A DNA stretch of 64,000 bases from Isurus oxyrinchus. Lineage: Eukaryota. The number at the start of each line of letters is the position of its first letter. Positions within the stretch are counted from its first letter, which is position 1. The notes under the pieces were generated by a model. It saw only the letters and a program-made list of their open reading frames with translations, made no database searches and was not told where the DNA came from. The stretch lies in contig JANJGN010000021.1 of the NCBI GenBank assembly GCA_026770705.1, positions 12,276,001 through 12,340,000 on the forward strand, given 5' to 3'. The position numbers and the translations under genes are program-made. Below are positions 49,438 to 62,607 of the stretch, one piece after another.

Positions 49438-52400
49438 TGTTGTAGGATGGAGAGCTGTACTATTAAAGATGGAGTTAATCAGCAGACGCTTCTTGGGCGG
49501 AAACATTGAAGTTTATTTACAATATACTCAGCAGCAACTACACGTTCAATTCCAAATTCATCTCTACACTGACTGCTGAGGTAGCCCACGTGACTCTCTT
49601 ATTGGTTACTACAAATCATGTGATCTTTCCTAACAAGTATTATTCTTAAAGGTACATTACTAAATAAAACCATAATTACTACATTCCTCCCCTTTAACTC
49701 ACCTTTACATATTATATTTACAAGTACATATTTTTCAAGACAACATGATATTTACACTGGGTAAGGAACTTACAAGTTCAGTCTTTCAGGTGGTTTCCTG
49801 GTACCTGTGGACCGCCGCAGCTCCACCACTTCAGATTCTTTGTTACGATCCTCCTTTTCCAGAGTTGCCTAAACATCAGGGGCTTCGGTGGGCACTTGCA
49901 GTTCTGTATCCTCAACTCTTACAGGAACATCAGACATGTCAGTCTTGGGTTGAGTGTCCTCAACAGAAAATATAGACCCAGTCAGCATCACCGGTGGAAC
50001 CAAATCTTGGTGATTTGTCTCTCTCTTCCTTAAATGGCCCACATGTTTCCGGGTGATCTGGCCTTCCATCTCCACATGGTAAGATAGAGGTCCAGTCACC
50101 GCATTTATTTCACCCAGTAACCACTTTGGTCCTTTCCTGAAGTTTTTCACACACATTGGCTCTCCCACAATAAATTTCCTCTTGCAACTATGCCAGTCGT
50201 GTCTAGTTTTCTGGCTTCCCTAACTCCTTTCCACCTTCCCCACTAAATTCGGCATTATTAATTTCAATCTCATCCTGAGAAGGCGTTTCAACAGTAACTC
50301 CGCAGGTGTGACACCTGTTGTTGTGTGAGGGGTAGTCCTATAATGAAAAAGAAAGCGTGCTAGCTTAGTTGCCAAGGAATCGCCAGTTAGCTTTTTCACG
50401 CCTGCCTTGAACGTTTGAACCACTCTTTCAGCCAGTCCGTTTGAGGGATTTTACCCTGCAGTTTTCACATGGGTGATACCGTTGAGCCTGATAAACCGTT
50501 GAAACTCAACGCTTGTAAATGCCGTGCCATTATCGGAAACGAATATTTCTGGTAGTCTGTGAATGGCAAAACTCTGACGTAGTTTCTCAATTGTAGCAGC
50601 TGATGTTGGTGACTTCACCTCATATACGCGCAACCATTTTGAATGGGCATCGACAATGAGCAGAAACATTGGCCTGAATTTTCCCGTTGGCGATTTGGGG
50701 GCGGGGCCTGCTCGCCGACGGGAAAATGATGTGGGATGACGTGGGGAGGAACCCCCGACGTCATCCTGGTCCCTTTAAATGTTTAGGAAGGCGGGCAGAC
50801 AGCGAAATCAGCTGTCCGCCCGCCGACCTGTCAATGGCCAATTGAGGCCATTGACAGAGTAATTAACATAATTAAAGACCTGCCCATCCAACCTTAAGGC
50901 TGGTGGACAGGCCAGGAGGCCCAGTGGGCTTCTGAAAAAACATGAAACCTCATCCACTGGCGGGATGAGGCTTCATGTCCGTTTTTAAAAACTTTAATAT
51001 ATTTTATGTGATATTTATTAACATGTCCCATCTTGTGTGACATTGTCACATGAGGGGGACATGTTAATAATTTTTTAATGTTTCTATTTTTAAAGTTTTT
51101 TGGACTGTCAGTAATCTCCCTGAGGCAGCACTTAGCCTCAGGGAGTAGTGCGCTCTTTCGTGCGCATGTGTGAAAGAATGCACTTTGGAAGCTGGGGAAT
51201 CCCTCCCCCCCCACCCCCACCGCCACACAGGAAGTGCATAGCGCTACCCATCGGGCAGGCCGCTGGGCAGGTTTTAATTGGCCCGCCCACTCAAAATGCC
51301 GGTGGGCCCTGTTTCGGTGGCGGGGGTTGGCTGTCCGAGCCGGTGGGGCCTGCATGCCCACCAAGGGCTAAATTCTGCCCATTGTTCCCAGGAATGGTCC
51401 AATGTAGTCAATATGTAACTGCAACCAGGCTCTACCTGGCCACTCCCATGGGTGTAATGGAGCTGTCACTGGGTGTAACTTTTACAGTTGCTGACATTGC
51501 ACACAGTACTTTACTAAACTCTCTATTTCACCATCCATCCCAGACCGCCATAGATAGCTGCGTACCATGGTTTTCATTTAGGAAATTCCAGGATGGCCAC
51601 TGTGTAGTTCAATTAAAAGCGGTCTCCTTCCCTTTGGAGGAACTATCACTCATGCTCCCCACAATAACTTGCCATCTTGGCTGGTTATTTCATGTCTTCG
51701 GTTGAAGTACGGTTTCATGTCATCAGATACAAGCTCCTGTGACCAAACATGTAGCACTTGTTCTTGTACTTAAAATAGGACCATGTTCCAACTTGTCCAG
51801 TTTCTGATCTATTGAGCACATACCCAGCAAGGAATCTAAGAAATTTAACAGTAAAACAAGTTCCTATGGAACTGGGACATACTCATCATTTTCTTGTCAA
51901 GGCAATCGACTAAGGGCATCGGCATTTACGATACGATTGCCAGGCCAATGTATGAAAGTGTATTCGTATGCTGCCAGAATTAAAGCCCATCATTGTATTC
52001 TTGCTGAGGCTATGGGTGGTGTAGTCTTGTCCTCACTAAACAACCCTAGCAATAGTTTGTGGCCTGAAATGATTGTAAAATGGTGGCCATGTACGTACTA
52101 GTGAAATTTCTTGACACCAAAGATGACGGACAGGCCTTCTTTTTCTATCTGTGAGTATCCCTTTTCCACTGTGGTGAGCGTTCTTGATACGTAACTCATT
52201 GGCTGTTCTGTGCTGTCGTCCGTCCAATGAGAGAGCACTGCTCCCACTCCGTAGGGAGATGCATCACATGTCAGCACCAATTCTTTTATCTGGACATAAT
52301 ACACTAATAGATTGGACAAGTGCAACAATTCTTTCACCTTTATGAAAGCTTCTTTCTGAGGCACCTCCCAAGACCAACATTGGTTCTTTTGAGTAGAGAA

Positions 52401-54814
52401 TGCAAGGGGGCCAGCACTGTAGACAAATTGGGTAAGAACTGCCCACAATAGTTGATCGTTCCTAGGAATGATTTGAGCTCGGAGGCATTCCTTGGTGCAG
52501 GTGCCTCTCTTATGGCTCTCACTTTCTCCTCAACCGGGTGGGGGCCCTGTGAATCTACCCGGTGACCCAAATAGATTACCTCCCTCGCTTGTAATGTGCA
52601 CTTTTCTTTTAAATGCACTCCAGCTTGCGAGAAACGTTTTAAGACTTCTTCTAAGTTTACCAAATGCTCTTTTTCAGTGAATCCTGTCACCAATACATCG
52701 CCTAAATAGACTACAACCTGGGACAGTCCGTGCAGTAAGCTCTCCATTGTTCTCTGAAAGATGGCGCAAGCGGAGGAGACATCGAAAGGCAATTGTGCGT
52801 ATTGGAACAACCCTTTGTGGTATTGATTATGACAAATTCCCTGGAGGCGTTATCCAATTCTGGTTCAGCATGACTCATGTCAAGCTTTGTGTACATCGTC
52901 CCTCCTGCCAGATTGGCATACAGGTCATTGATTTTTGGAATGGGGTGCCTGTCTAGCTTGGCCACTTTATTAATTGTCAGTTTGTAGTCTCCACAAATTC
53001 GGACGCTTTGGTCCGGTTTAAGGGTGGGGACTATGGGGTGCTGCCCATTCTGAGAACTGAACATTTGTATAACGCCCAGTTTCTCTAGTCTGTTCAGTTC
53101 AATGTCGATTTTTTTTCTCACAGGGCTTTTGGCACCGGTCTCACCTTCATGAAGCGAGGGGCTGTTTCCGGATCCACATGAATCTTGGCCTGCAGGCCCT
53201 GGATTTTCCCAAGTTCGTCCTTAAAGATAGTGGCGTACTTTCTAAATAGCTCTGGTAGCCCACTTGTTCTCAATTGGAAAATTTCAGCCCATTTTTAACT
53301 TAAACTCCTTTAATCAATTTCGCCCCAGGAGGCTTGGCCCTTCACCCGCTCCACCTTCAAGGGTCGCTTTGCCGATTGGCTTCCATAATGGACAGTTACT
53401 CTGCTTATAACTTTTACTTAAATGTCTTCACCCGCATATGTTTTTAGCTTGGCCGCTGTTTCTTCTAAACTTAATTTATGTTCACCAGCATTCAAATATT
53501 TGAAGGTATGTTCCCCAATCGCTATAGTGGAAGTTCCCATCTCCCACTCTAACAGGTCTGCCATTTACTTTCACTGTGACAAATATTGGTTCTGTCTTTT
53601 CAGCTTTCACATTAAACAATGAGTAAATGTCAGAATTTGTTGTTTCAGGCCCTTCTACACTGTAGATTTCATTGGGCTTCTTCTTTTGTTTACAAGCCTG
53701 CTTGAATCTTTCCTTGCTCTGCCTCATTATATGTCCATTTCTATGACAATATTAGCATTAGATTTTTTTAAAGTGCCAACCATTAAAAGACTGATTGTTT
53801 CCATCTCTATTAAAGTTATTCTTCAATTTCACTGCTAAGTTATTTTTCTTTATTCTTTGGCTAGTGAGGGCTGTTTGCTGCTCAATGTGGAGCTCGGTGT
53901 CATTTTGCGCTCCCTGTATTGCTTTTGAATCTCTTACTGCACTTTCCACGGTCAACGCTATCTCCAGCACCTTCTTGAAATCCAGATTCACTTCGGGCAA
54001 TAATTTTTTCTGTGTCCGCTTTCACACCACACACTTAATCTCTGAGCATGTCATTCAGAGTCATACCGAACGCACAATGCTCCGTTAGCTGCTTCAAATT
54101 TGCCATGCAGCATGCAATTGTCTCACCCGGGACTCTATTTCACAAATTAAAGCTGAACCTCTGCATCATGTCTGAGGTCTTGGGTTGAAAATGACTCTTC
54201 ATGAGGTCCACCAATTTATTGAAATTTGTCAAACCTAGGGCACTGGGTGCTGTCAAACTTCGAATCAGACTGTAGGTTTTGCTCCCACAAGTACTCAAGA
54301 GGATTGCTTGCCTCTTCTCTTCCCCTGTAATCTCATTCACTTGTAAAAGGAGCATGAGGCACTCTATATATTAAGACCAATCACCTGTAGCAGGTTCAAA
54401 AGGATCAATTTTCCCAAATTGTTGCCTTCTGAGAGAGGATAACTTCTTCAACTCTAATGAAGCCTGCTGCTACTTACAATCACTGCGCAAGGTACAGTGC
54501 TGATATCTTTTTAACTTGATTTCCTCTGTTCAATCCTGTTTTATCCCCGTCGCCAGTTTGTTGTTGGGTGACCGAGTTATAGTATTAATGATAGAGTTGA
54601 TCAGCAGACAATTCTTGTGTGGAAACCTAAAGTTTATTTACAATATACTCAGCAGTAACTACAAATGTGCTTTCAACTCCAATTTTATCTCTACACTGAC
54701 TGCTGAGGTAGCCCGCGCTACTTTCCTATTGGTTATTACAGACCATGTAATCTTGCCTACGAAGTATTATTCTTAAAGGTACATTACACACTAAATAAAA
54801 CCATAATTGCCATA
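49438..54814 (-). mobile_element. Full-length decayed Gypsy LTR retrotransposon (5' LTR 54559-54814, 3' LTR 49438-49683)
   Basis: Two similar LTRs; PBS tggcgacgggg; PPT aaaggggaggaa; TSD attcc; gag EEKRQAILLSTCGSKTY, RT VRICGDYK/KLDMSHA/YLGD, RNase H CDASPYGVGAVL, integrase IVDAHSKW...SDNGTAF...YRTTPH. Confidence 0.95.
50671..51380. mobile_element. Harbinger MITE inserted in the Gypsy integrase
   Basis: TIR ggcctgaattt / aaattctgccc; TSD ATT; removal restores GPFLGTMFLLIVDAHSKW. Confidence 0.92.
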
Positions 54815-56592
54815 ATTCCATTCCCCTTGCAATGAATATATGGTCAAAAGGCATCAGCTGGACCGTATACCAGAAAGTTCACTGGGTGACAGTTTTGTCT
54901 GAGTAAAAGGTATGGAAAATTGCGTTCATGTGGACATCCTCTACCTATCAACCGCATGCTTACATGTACAGCAAGAGTTTTCACTCAGTTAATGTTCAGG
55001 TGGTAAATGAGTGCAGAAATTTCAATGTGCATATCATAAGTTGTTAACCAGAAAGCAGCCATGATACTTTCGTTATGCAACATTAGTGCCTGCATTGTTA
55101 GAAGAAGAAATACTGGTGGGATGGCGATTAGGAGACCAGGGCTAACTATGACCCTATGGATAAGCCCCTTCCTAGCAGAGTAGCATCTTGGGATGGAAGC
55201 CTAAATATCTGCTTAGAGTTCTTTGACCATCTCTTCCACCTGCAAGAATAATGCACCCTATAGCCTGGGAAGAATCTGTGCACAATGCTTTAATTCTACT
55301 TCCAAGAGGATACTTGAGTTTCTAGGTTAAGATTTTGCCTTAAAGTTGGTGGGCCCTACACAAAATATGTACAAGAGTGAGTAGAAACTGTACCTCCCCC
55401 TGATGTCAGCAAGCTTCTTTCTCATATTTGTCATGTAGGAGGGAGCTGAATGATTGAGTTAATGAGTCATCTCCTTTCATATTGTTTGCATTTGTACTTT
55501 TCACTGGAGGGCAATCTTCACCCCAGATGGGACCACCCTTCTTGGGAAGTTTCTCCGACACCACGATTTCCAACCCTACATCATCAAACAGCAGCAGCAT
55601 CGCCCACATATCTCAGCACAGTCACTGTAAACAATTAGTCCACTTTTCTGTCACCACCACAACCTCCCCTTTCATGCCTCTGCAGATTTTATGTAGCTCA
55701 GCCAAGTGTGTTAAAGGCCAGTCTCTCCAAAGAGCAGGATATTCCCACAACATTACGCCATCCATTAACACCACCTAAATACAGTACCTGGTCATTCATC
55801 ACCTTTGTGAAAACCTGCTGACTACAAATTGGCTGCTGTAACAGAGTCTACACATTCGTGAGTACGTCATTGACTGTAAAGTGCCTTAGGATGTCCTGAG
55901 GACAGGAAAGGTGCAATATCAATTTATCTTTTTCATTAATCAGCGTCATTTCACTTCCATTATGTTCTTATGTCTTCATCCAGTTTTCGCTGTGATGCCT
56001 CACACTGCTGAAACTGCCAGAATGAGATGACTGTTTATCTTTTCACCTGTTTGAAGCTTACCTAGATCAGTTCCTCAAGATGAATGAGACTTTGAATCAA
56101 TTTGGTTCAAGGCATGTGTAATGCACAGCAGAAAAGAATCTGTTTCTGAATGAGATGTTATTATGAAGTCTTCACATTTACAAAGTACTTACAGCACAGA
56201 AACAGACTGTTTGACTCAACTGGTCCATGCCTGTGTTTATGGTCTATAGGAGCCTCCTCCCACCCCTCTTCATCTCACCCATCAATGTAACCTTCTATTC
56301 CTTCCTTCCTCACGTGTCTATCTAGCTTCCCTGTAATTGCATCTATGCTATTCACCCCAACTACTCCATATGGGTAACCAATTCCACATTCTATCTACTC
56401 TCTGAGTAAAGAAGTTTCTCCTGAACTGTTGATTGGATTTATCAGTGACTGTCTGATATTTACGGCTCCTAGTTCTGGTCAAACCTGCAAGTGGAAACAT
56501 CTTCTCTACATCAACCTTATCAAACCCTTTTGGTAAGTTTTCAAGATCTCCATCAGGTCACCATCAGACTTATCTTTTCTGGAGAAAGGATC

Positions 56593-59568
56593 TGTGGTAA
56601 AGTGATGTACCCTGTCCCTTTAAGAGAGTGCAAGTGTACTGATCATGTGACAGTGCTGAAGAAGCATAGTATAGCACAGGCAACTGGGAACTGTAAGTCT
56701 AGTTCTGGAGGTTTCTGAGTGACCAGGTATGATCTGGTGCTCTGCCCCCTGTCTCAATAAACCATCAGTGTTTATTCATTTATTCTTACATCAGTCTCTC
56801 CCCATTATTGACTGCAAGCAGCAATTGATAAGAACATAGGGAGGTGTGCAGTTAGAGCTTGGTTGGCCAACGTACACGTTTACCCAAGACATAAAAGTGG
56901 CAACGAGGATAAAGAAGAGAACATATGTTTCAAGACGGGCGAGTAAAGCATAGGAAAGAGCACCAGTACTTATCTTGTAAAATAGGCAGCAGCCGGCAAT
57001 CGGAGCCAAAAGCAGTGCTGCAGTTTAAAAATTTTTTTAAAAACTTGCAGAATCGCGATTGTGGGGATCCCGCCAAAACCCAAAAAGCGCACGAAATCCA
57101 GCGGAGAAAGACTGACCGTTGCAGAGACAGAGATCAAAAGAAAAGGTGGCTGCTCTTAAAGGGGCAAAACATTTAAAAGGGTAAAAACATGCGGCAGGAT
57201 TTCCCCCCCCCCATTGGGGGCGATGTTGAAGTGCGGGCGCGCGGAGGCAAGACTCCAATCGGCGCCCCTAATTGGGGCCGCACTGCCATTTTACATGGGC
57301 GGGCCAATCAAGGCCCACCCAGCATGACGTCCGCACAGGAGCACTATGCACTCCCAGTACGGGTGGTTGGGGGGGAATACCTAAACCTGACAGCGCGCTC
57401 TTTCAAGAATGAGCACACTGATCTCCCTGCGGCTAAGTGCTGCCTCAGGGAGATCGTCTCCACTGTAAAAAATATTAAAACTAGAGAAAAAAAAAATTCC
57501 CTGACACGTCCCCTCATGTGACACTGTCACATGAGTTGGGACAGGCCCATAACTTTTTAAAAACTTTAATTAAATTTTTTTAAAGCCTACAAGAAATCTC
57601 ATCCCGCCCGTGGACGAGGTTTGATTGCTTTTTCCAATTCCCGCCTGGGGTCCCGGCCTGCCTTAAGGTTGGACGGGCAGGCCCATTAATTGTTTCAATG
57701 ACTCTTTCAAAGGCCTCAGTTGGCCATTGGCAGGTCGGCGGGCACACGGCTGATTCTGTTGCGCCCCCCCCCCCCACCCCCGCCTACCTGAAAATTCAAA
57801 TGGGGCGCGGTGACATCAGGAGATCCGCCCGATGTCACCGCGCGTCATTTTATGCACCCCCCCCGCCCCTTCCCAAGCTCGCCGACGGGAAAATGCTGCT
57901 CATGAAAAATGGCTATGGACAGAAAGTTATAAGCGACCCCAGAGGGAGTGTAACTCCACGGTAAGCCAAAGACCTAAATTCATCATTACCTGGAAAGCCT
58001 ATCGCAAGTGCAGTCCCCTTGTGGACGTTCAAGCTGCCGCTATTCGGGCACGTCAATCCATTCCACCCCATTGCAGCTGACTGGTCCCAGTGTGTCAAAC
58101 GTCTAACATTCTTTTTTACCGCTAATGACCATCGCGGGAGAGGAGAAGAAGAGGGCGACTCTTTTGTCCCTCATGCGGGAGCAAATCATACCAGCTGATC
58201 CACAGCCCCCCCATCACCCTGTGCCCCAGAATCAAAGACTTTCGACGAGTTAATAAAAATTGTGCAGAGCCAACTGAGACCAAAGCTCTCAGTTACTTTG
58301 CAGCGCTTCAAGTTCACTTCAGGGAACAGGATTCCAAAGGAGACAATAGCTATGTGACCGTTTTAAAGGCAGTAACTGAGCATTGCCCGCTATAAGTTCC
58401 CACTTCGAAACCAGAAATGTTGCTGCAAGGAAAAATGAGTATGCAAAGACCCAACGGGAGAAGCCCGTAGAAGTGTTACACCGGGACAGAGTGCAAGCTG
58501 AAGCCAGCATCCATCGAAAGGAAATGGAACATCTGTTAAAAAAGACTCTTGTGCACTACAAAATTTACTCATCTCCCAATTTGTGCCATGAGAAAGAACG
58601 AAGAAGAAAATGAAGAGTTAAGGGACGAATTCGCTGAGAAGGGGCAACGATGTGTGATTCGCCAGGAAACTATTAATGAGAATAGGAAAGAATCGCAAGA
58701 GCTGAAGCAGCAGCTGCGTAAAAGCCCTGAAGTTGTAAAGCTAGACAGCCCTGAATTCTCAGAAGAGCTGTCGGGAAAACCAACTACTGAGCTCATTCAC
58801 GCTCAGCTTGCGCCTGAGTCTAGTCCAGCCAACAGCGAAATTAAAGAGAAGACAGAGATATGGGTCAGTGCTACCAAGTAAAGGATACGCAAGAAGGAAA
58901 AGAGAAACTATTGACAGTCCTTGGAAAGAAAAATAAAAAGAGTTTTTTTCCCTTTTCCTCTTTCTCCTCACACAACATTTGGCTCACCGCTGTACTGCTT
59001 TGTGTTTGTTGCCCGTTACCTGTTTCAGCTTGGAGGAGAGGGGCAGCAGGAGCGAATGTGACTCCACCTGGAAGATGATGAAATCATCCACTGAGGGACA
59101 CTGTGGGTAGCTGCCCCCCGAAAAGGAGGTCTCAGAAACACCAGCCGAGGTTGTTGGGCTATGACACTCAGCCTGTCAGAGAAGGCCGCCTGAGAGTTTT
59201 GATTGTAAATAGTTATTTTGTAAGTGGCTAATGTGTTTTATGCTTGTTCGCTGTACTTTTAAGTAAAGGAGAAGGAATATGGTAAAGTGAGGTGTCCCTT
59301 TAAGAGAATGCAAGTGTACTGATCATGTGACAGCACTGACAAGTCACTGTTCAGTACGGACAACTGGGAACTGTAAGTCCAGTTCTGGAGGTTTCTGAGT
59401 GAGCACGTATGATCCAGTGCTCTGCTCCATGTCTCAATAAAAATCATTGTTTATTCTTACATCAGCCCCTCCCCGTTATTGATTGCAAACAACAATTGAT
59501 GAGACCATAGGATGGCATGCAGTTAGAGTTCAGTTGGCCAATGAACTTATTTACCCAAGACATGAAAT
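56593..59568 (+). mobile_element. Non-autonomous LTR retrotransposon (LTRs about 56593-56897 and 59278-59568) with a gag remnant and no pol
   Basis: Two similar ~300-bp LTRs; PBS tggcaacgagg; PPT aaggagaaggaa; flanking gatc duplication; DWSQCVKRLTFFFTAND...EEKKRATLLS gag N-terminus. Confidence 0.88.
57192..57901. mobile_element. Harbinger MITE
   Basis: TIR cggcaggattt / aaatgctgctc; TSD ATG; shared internal palindromes. Confidence 0.88.
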
Positions 59569-60500
59569 GATCCCAGGCTGTTCAATCTTTCCTGATTTAA
59601 TGCCTGCTGGTGCACATTCATTCAGGGGTATAACCGGACACACATGAATATAATTACTTTACTTAAGCACACTAGACCATGAAAAAGAGGTTACATTTCA
59701 GGTCAGTCATGGATATGGTAAAATCAAATTCTTTATTATTAAGCAGCACTGACAGCCCCTTGCTGCTAGATCCTGACTATCATCCATTTTATTAGATCCG
59801 GTCTGATCTGTATCTCATCTCCTATTACCCTCTTTTGCTTCATATCCCTCACTACCCTTATCTAACAAAAATCTATTGATTTCATTCTTAAAAACTTCAA
59901 TTGACCCAGCCTCGACAGCTATTTGGGGAAGGGAGTTACAGATTTCAGTCCAATCATGTCTTTAGCTGACGTCCGCACGCATGCCCTTTCCAGCAAGGGT
60001 CGCTGGAGAATTTAAAACTTAGAAATGTGGAATCTGGCCGGCCCTAATTAGCCCACCAGGCATTTTAATTTTACTGCAAAAGTTCTAACAGCTGGTTGGA
60101 AATTAATGAGCTGCTTAATTGTATTTTTTTTTGTTGCAATAACTGTCAGTACAGCACAAACGTATATATGAAGAAAGCATTTTATATATGATGGGACATA
60201 GCCCAGTAAAATAAAGCATTATTCTTTTAATAAACCCCTATATTCCTGTTATAGGAGATGACCACACAGTTTATTTTCCAGTAAAAGCCTTGGTTGAACG
60301 TTAACAACTAATTCTCCTTTAACTGTTTGATACATGAGGCAAGCGGTAGTGGTTAATGACAGAAAGCAGCAGTAACCAGCTAAACTGGAAGGAGTAAATT
60401 TGGATAAAAAAAAGTTGAAGAGCAATTATAGATTGTTGCATTCTTGCAGCATTGGGGAGCATTTGCAAGACTGCAAAAGGTTCGTGTTCGCGAAAACATA

Positions 60501-61126
60501 GGGGCTGAATTTTGTTGAGTCGGCAGAAGTCCCACCACCAGGGCTGTAAGTGAGAGATCATCACACTGTTGCAGGAGGCAGGACCCAGGGCTGCTGTCCA
60601 ATCAAGGAGGGCAGCCTGCAATCTCCAGGGCTGACGGCCTAACCTGAGGGCCTAGCAGTGGTCAATGCTGAGACTGCAGCTCCAGGGAGAGAGCGCCTCA
60701 ATGGTCAAACGCCCTCAAAGAGAGTTGAGGTCAGCTGTTGGGGGTTGGGGGGTGTGGGGGGGGAGTGGGGAGGGGGGGGGGGGGGGGGGTGGGTGGTGAA
60801 GATGGGGCCTGGCAGCCAGACCCTGGCTATTGGAGGTTGGGGTAGGTTGTAGAGCACTGGTGCCCCATTGCCATGAGAGTTGTCACTGCTGCCAGGGGCC
60901 CCTCCATGGGCATTGGAGTCATTAAAAGAGGTGGTCTCCCCAAGTGGCAGAGAGCCCGCTGCAAGATGCTCATGGAGGTGGGAAGTGGTTGACCTGCCAC
61001 CTTTCCCACTGCTGGCAATATGACATGGCAGCAAGATGTTGGCATACCTCCGGATGTTTTTGCATGCCACTTTGCCAGCCTTCCCACCTCCCAGCCTATT
61101 GCCAAAGGGCATGGAAAATTCTGGCC
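60501..61126. mobile_element. Harbinger-type MITE with a different internal sequence
   Basis: TIR gggctgaatttt / aaaattctggcc; TSD ATA. Confidence 0.75.
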
Positions 61127-61721
61127 ATAGTCTGTAGCTTTTCCTTCATCCATTATGACATTGCCTGGTCTATAACATTTATAATCGAGATGTACAATCC
61201 AGATAAAGTACATAAGTTTCGAAACTGCTGTTTGTAATATTATTATACGGATCTATAATGTATTACTATGACGTTTCTCTGTTTGCTATTTTAGCAGGAG
61301 GCTAATGATTCAATCAGTCAGAGTGCCAGAGACTGGGAGTGAGTGCTCAGCTGCGTCGGTCCTTAAACCGGGACATTGAGTGACATTGACTACACTGACT
61401 GATCTCTGAGGGTGAAGGAATCTCCTATTGGGCATCTTCTCACTTGTTGGTAGACTTTGGTGAAAGAAATGAACCTGTCAATGTGTTCTATTGAACAGTT
61501 TTAGTCATTAGCTTTGGGATAAGCTTGCCATGAGCATAGACTTTCTGCATTGGGATATATGGATTTGACCCATATAATCATTATTAAATTCTGGAACTGG
61601 GAAGGAGCAGGGATCAGTAATTCAGCTTTGATATCATTGAGGTCAGCTCCTCTTGTATGATCATTCAGTTTTGAGCTTACCAGTGCTTAAAGAATTTTAA
61701 ATTATGTAGTCAGGCAAGTTC

Positions 61722-62245
61722 ATTTGTCTTCCCTTGAGTTTAGAAGGTTGAAGGGTAACCTTAACAATGTATTGGAAGTGAGAGGATTTGACAGGGTGGG
61801 CGCAGAGGGAAGGATTTTCTGGTTCCGACACTGGCGGGCATCATCACAGGCAGGATGGGAAAATTTGGAGAGCCGTTGGCTTTTAATGGCTCTCCCAATT
61901 TTTCCGTCCTGCCTGTGAAGATACCCGTCAGTGTCAAGGCCAGAAAATCCTACCCAGAGAATCTATCGCCTCTGATGAGGGAACTCGAGAACGAAGGGTC
62001 AGGATCTTAAAAGTAGAGAAAGGTCATTTGGGGGCGGAATCAGTATCAGGTTATGGAAATCGGGAATTCTCTCCCCCCTCCCAAAACCAGCGTCCACTGG
62101 GTCACTTGGTGTTCTTAATAAATTTTAAAAGATGGAGGGATATGGAGCTACGGCAAATAAATTGGGTTGAGGCACAAATCAGCCATGATCTAATGGGCTT
62201 GCATAATAGGCTAAAGGGGCTGAATGGCCTGCTCCTGTTCTTGTA
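61722..62245 (+). mobile_element. CR1 3' fragment split by a palindromic MITE
   Basis: SLEFRRLKGNL...RGFDRV; tail ggctgaatggcctgctcctgttc. Confidence 0.75.
61807..61955. mobile_element. 149-bp fully palindromic Harbinger-type MITE
   Basis: gggaaggattttctgg ... ccagaaaatcctaccc; arms pair to the centre; TSD AGA. Confidence 0.9.
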
Positions 62246-62607
62246 TTCTTGGTACACATCAGCTTGGTTTATGTATGAGAAACAATTGCTTGGACTAGAT
62301 ACCGGGAGAGGGACTGACACCTAAAACAGCATGGCCCAATATGAATCAGCGTCTCTCTCTCTCTCTCTCTCTCCCTCCCTCTCTCCTAAATTTCCCCTTT
62401 ACTTTGCTCTCACATTCAATGGGCACCAGGGCATCATCCACAAGTATCTCGCCCAAGTGGTGATAATTCATTGGACCTTTTTTTCCAGTAGCTTGGGCCA
62501 CTTGCAATATGAAATCTGGCATCTAGGAGCCAGCACCAGTAGTATGCACCCCGTTTATAGAGATGAACAGTTTAACCAGCACAGCCGATGATCACTGCCA
62601 ACCCCTG

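Larger units (their letters stand above)
48850..54835 (-). mobile_element. CR1 3' fragment (48850-49437 and 54815-54835) hosting a Gypsy element
   Basis: LGLYSLEFRRLRSDLIETYKIL; flanking duplication atatatg (48843-48849, 54836-54842). Confidence 0.85.
48560..55330 (+). pseudogene. Old Harbinger transposase relic in two parts (about 48560-48849 and 54843-55330) split by nested insertions
   Basis: LSVEAKVT...IKEVSDTL before; VKGMENCVHVDI, SFHSVNVQVV, SSHDTFVM, GWRLGDQG after; collinear with the 36174-37379 transposase. Confidence 0.7.
56185..59597 (-). mobile_element. CR1 3' fragment (56185-56592 and 59569-59597) hosting an LTR element
   Basis: Rejoined cttttctggagaaag-gatc-ccaggctgttcaatctttcctga parallels CR1 at 40320-40365. 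Confidence 0.8.

Noticed and set aside
60739-60797. G-rich tract with G-quadruplex potential (also 9551-9592, 17370-17410, 25350-25416, 38060-38094)
   Set aside because: Low-complexity tracts, mostly inside repeats; no evidence of function
61293-61420. Possible exon after ttgctattttag
   Set aside because: Splice-like signals only; no sustained reading frame or recognisable product
61972-61995. CTGATGAG hammerhead-like core
   Set aside because: No stem II or GAAA follows; it is diverged CR1 coding sequence
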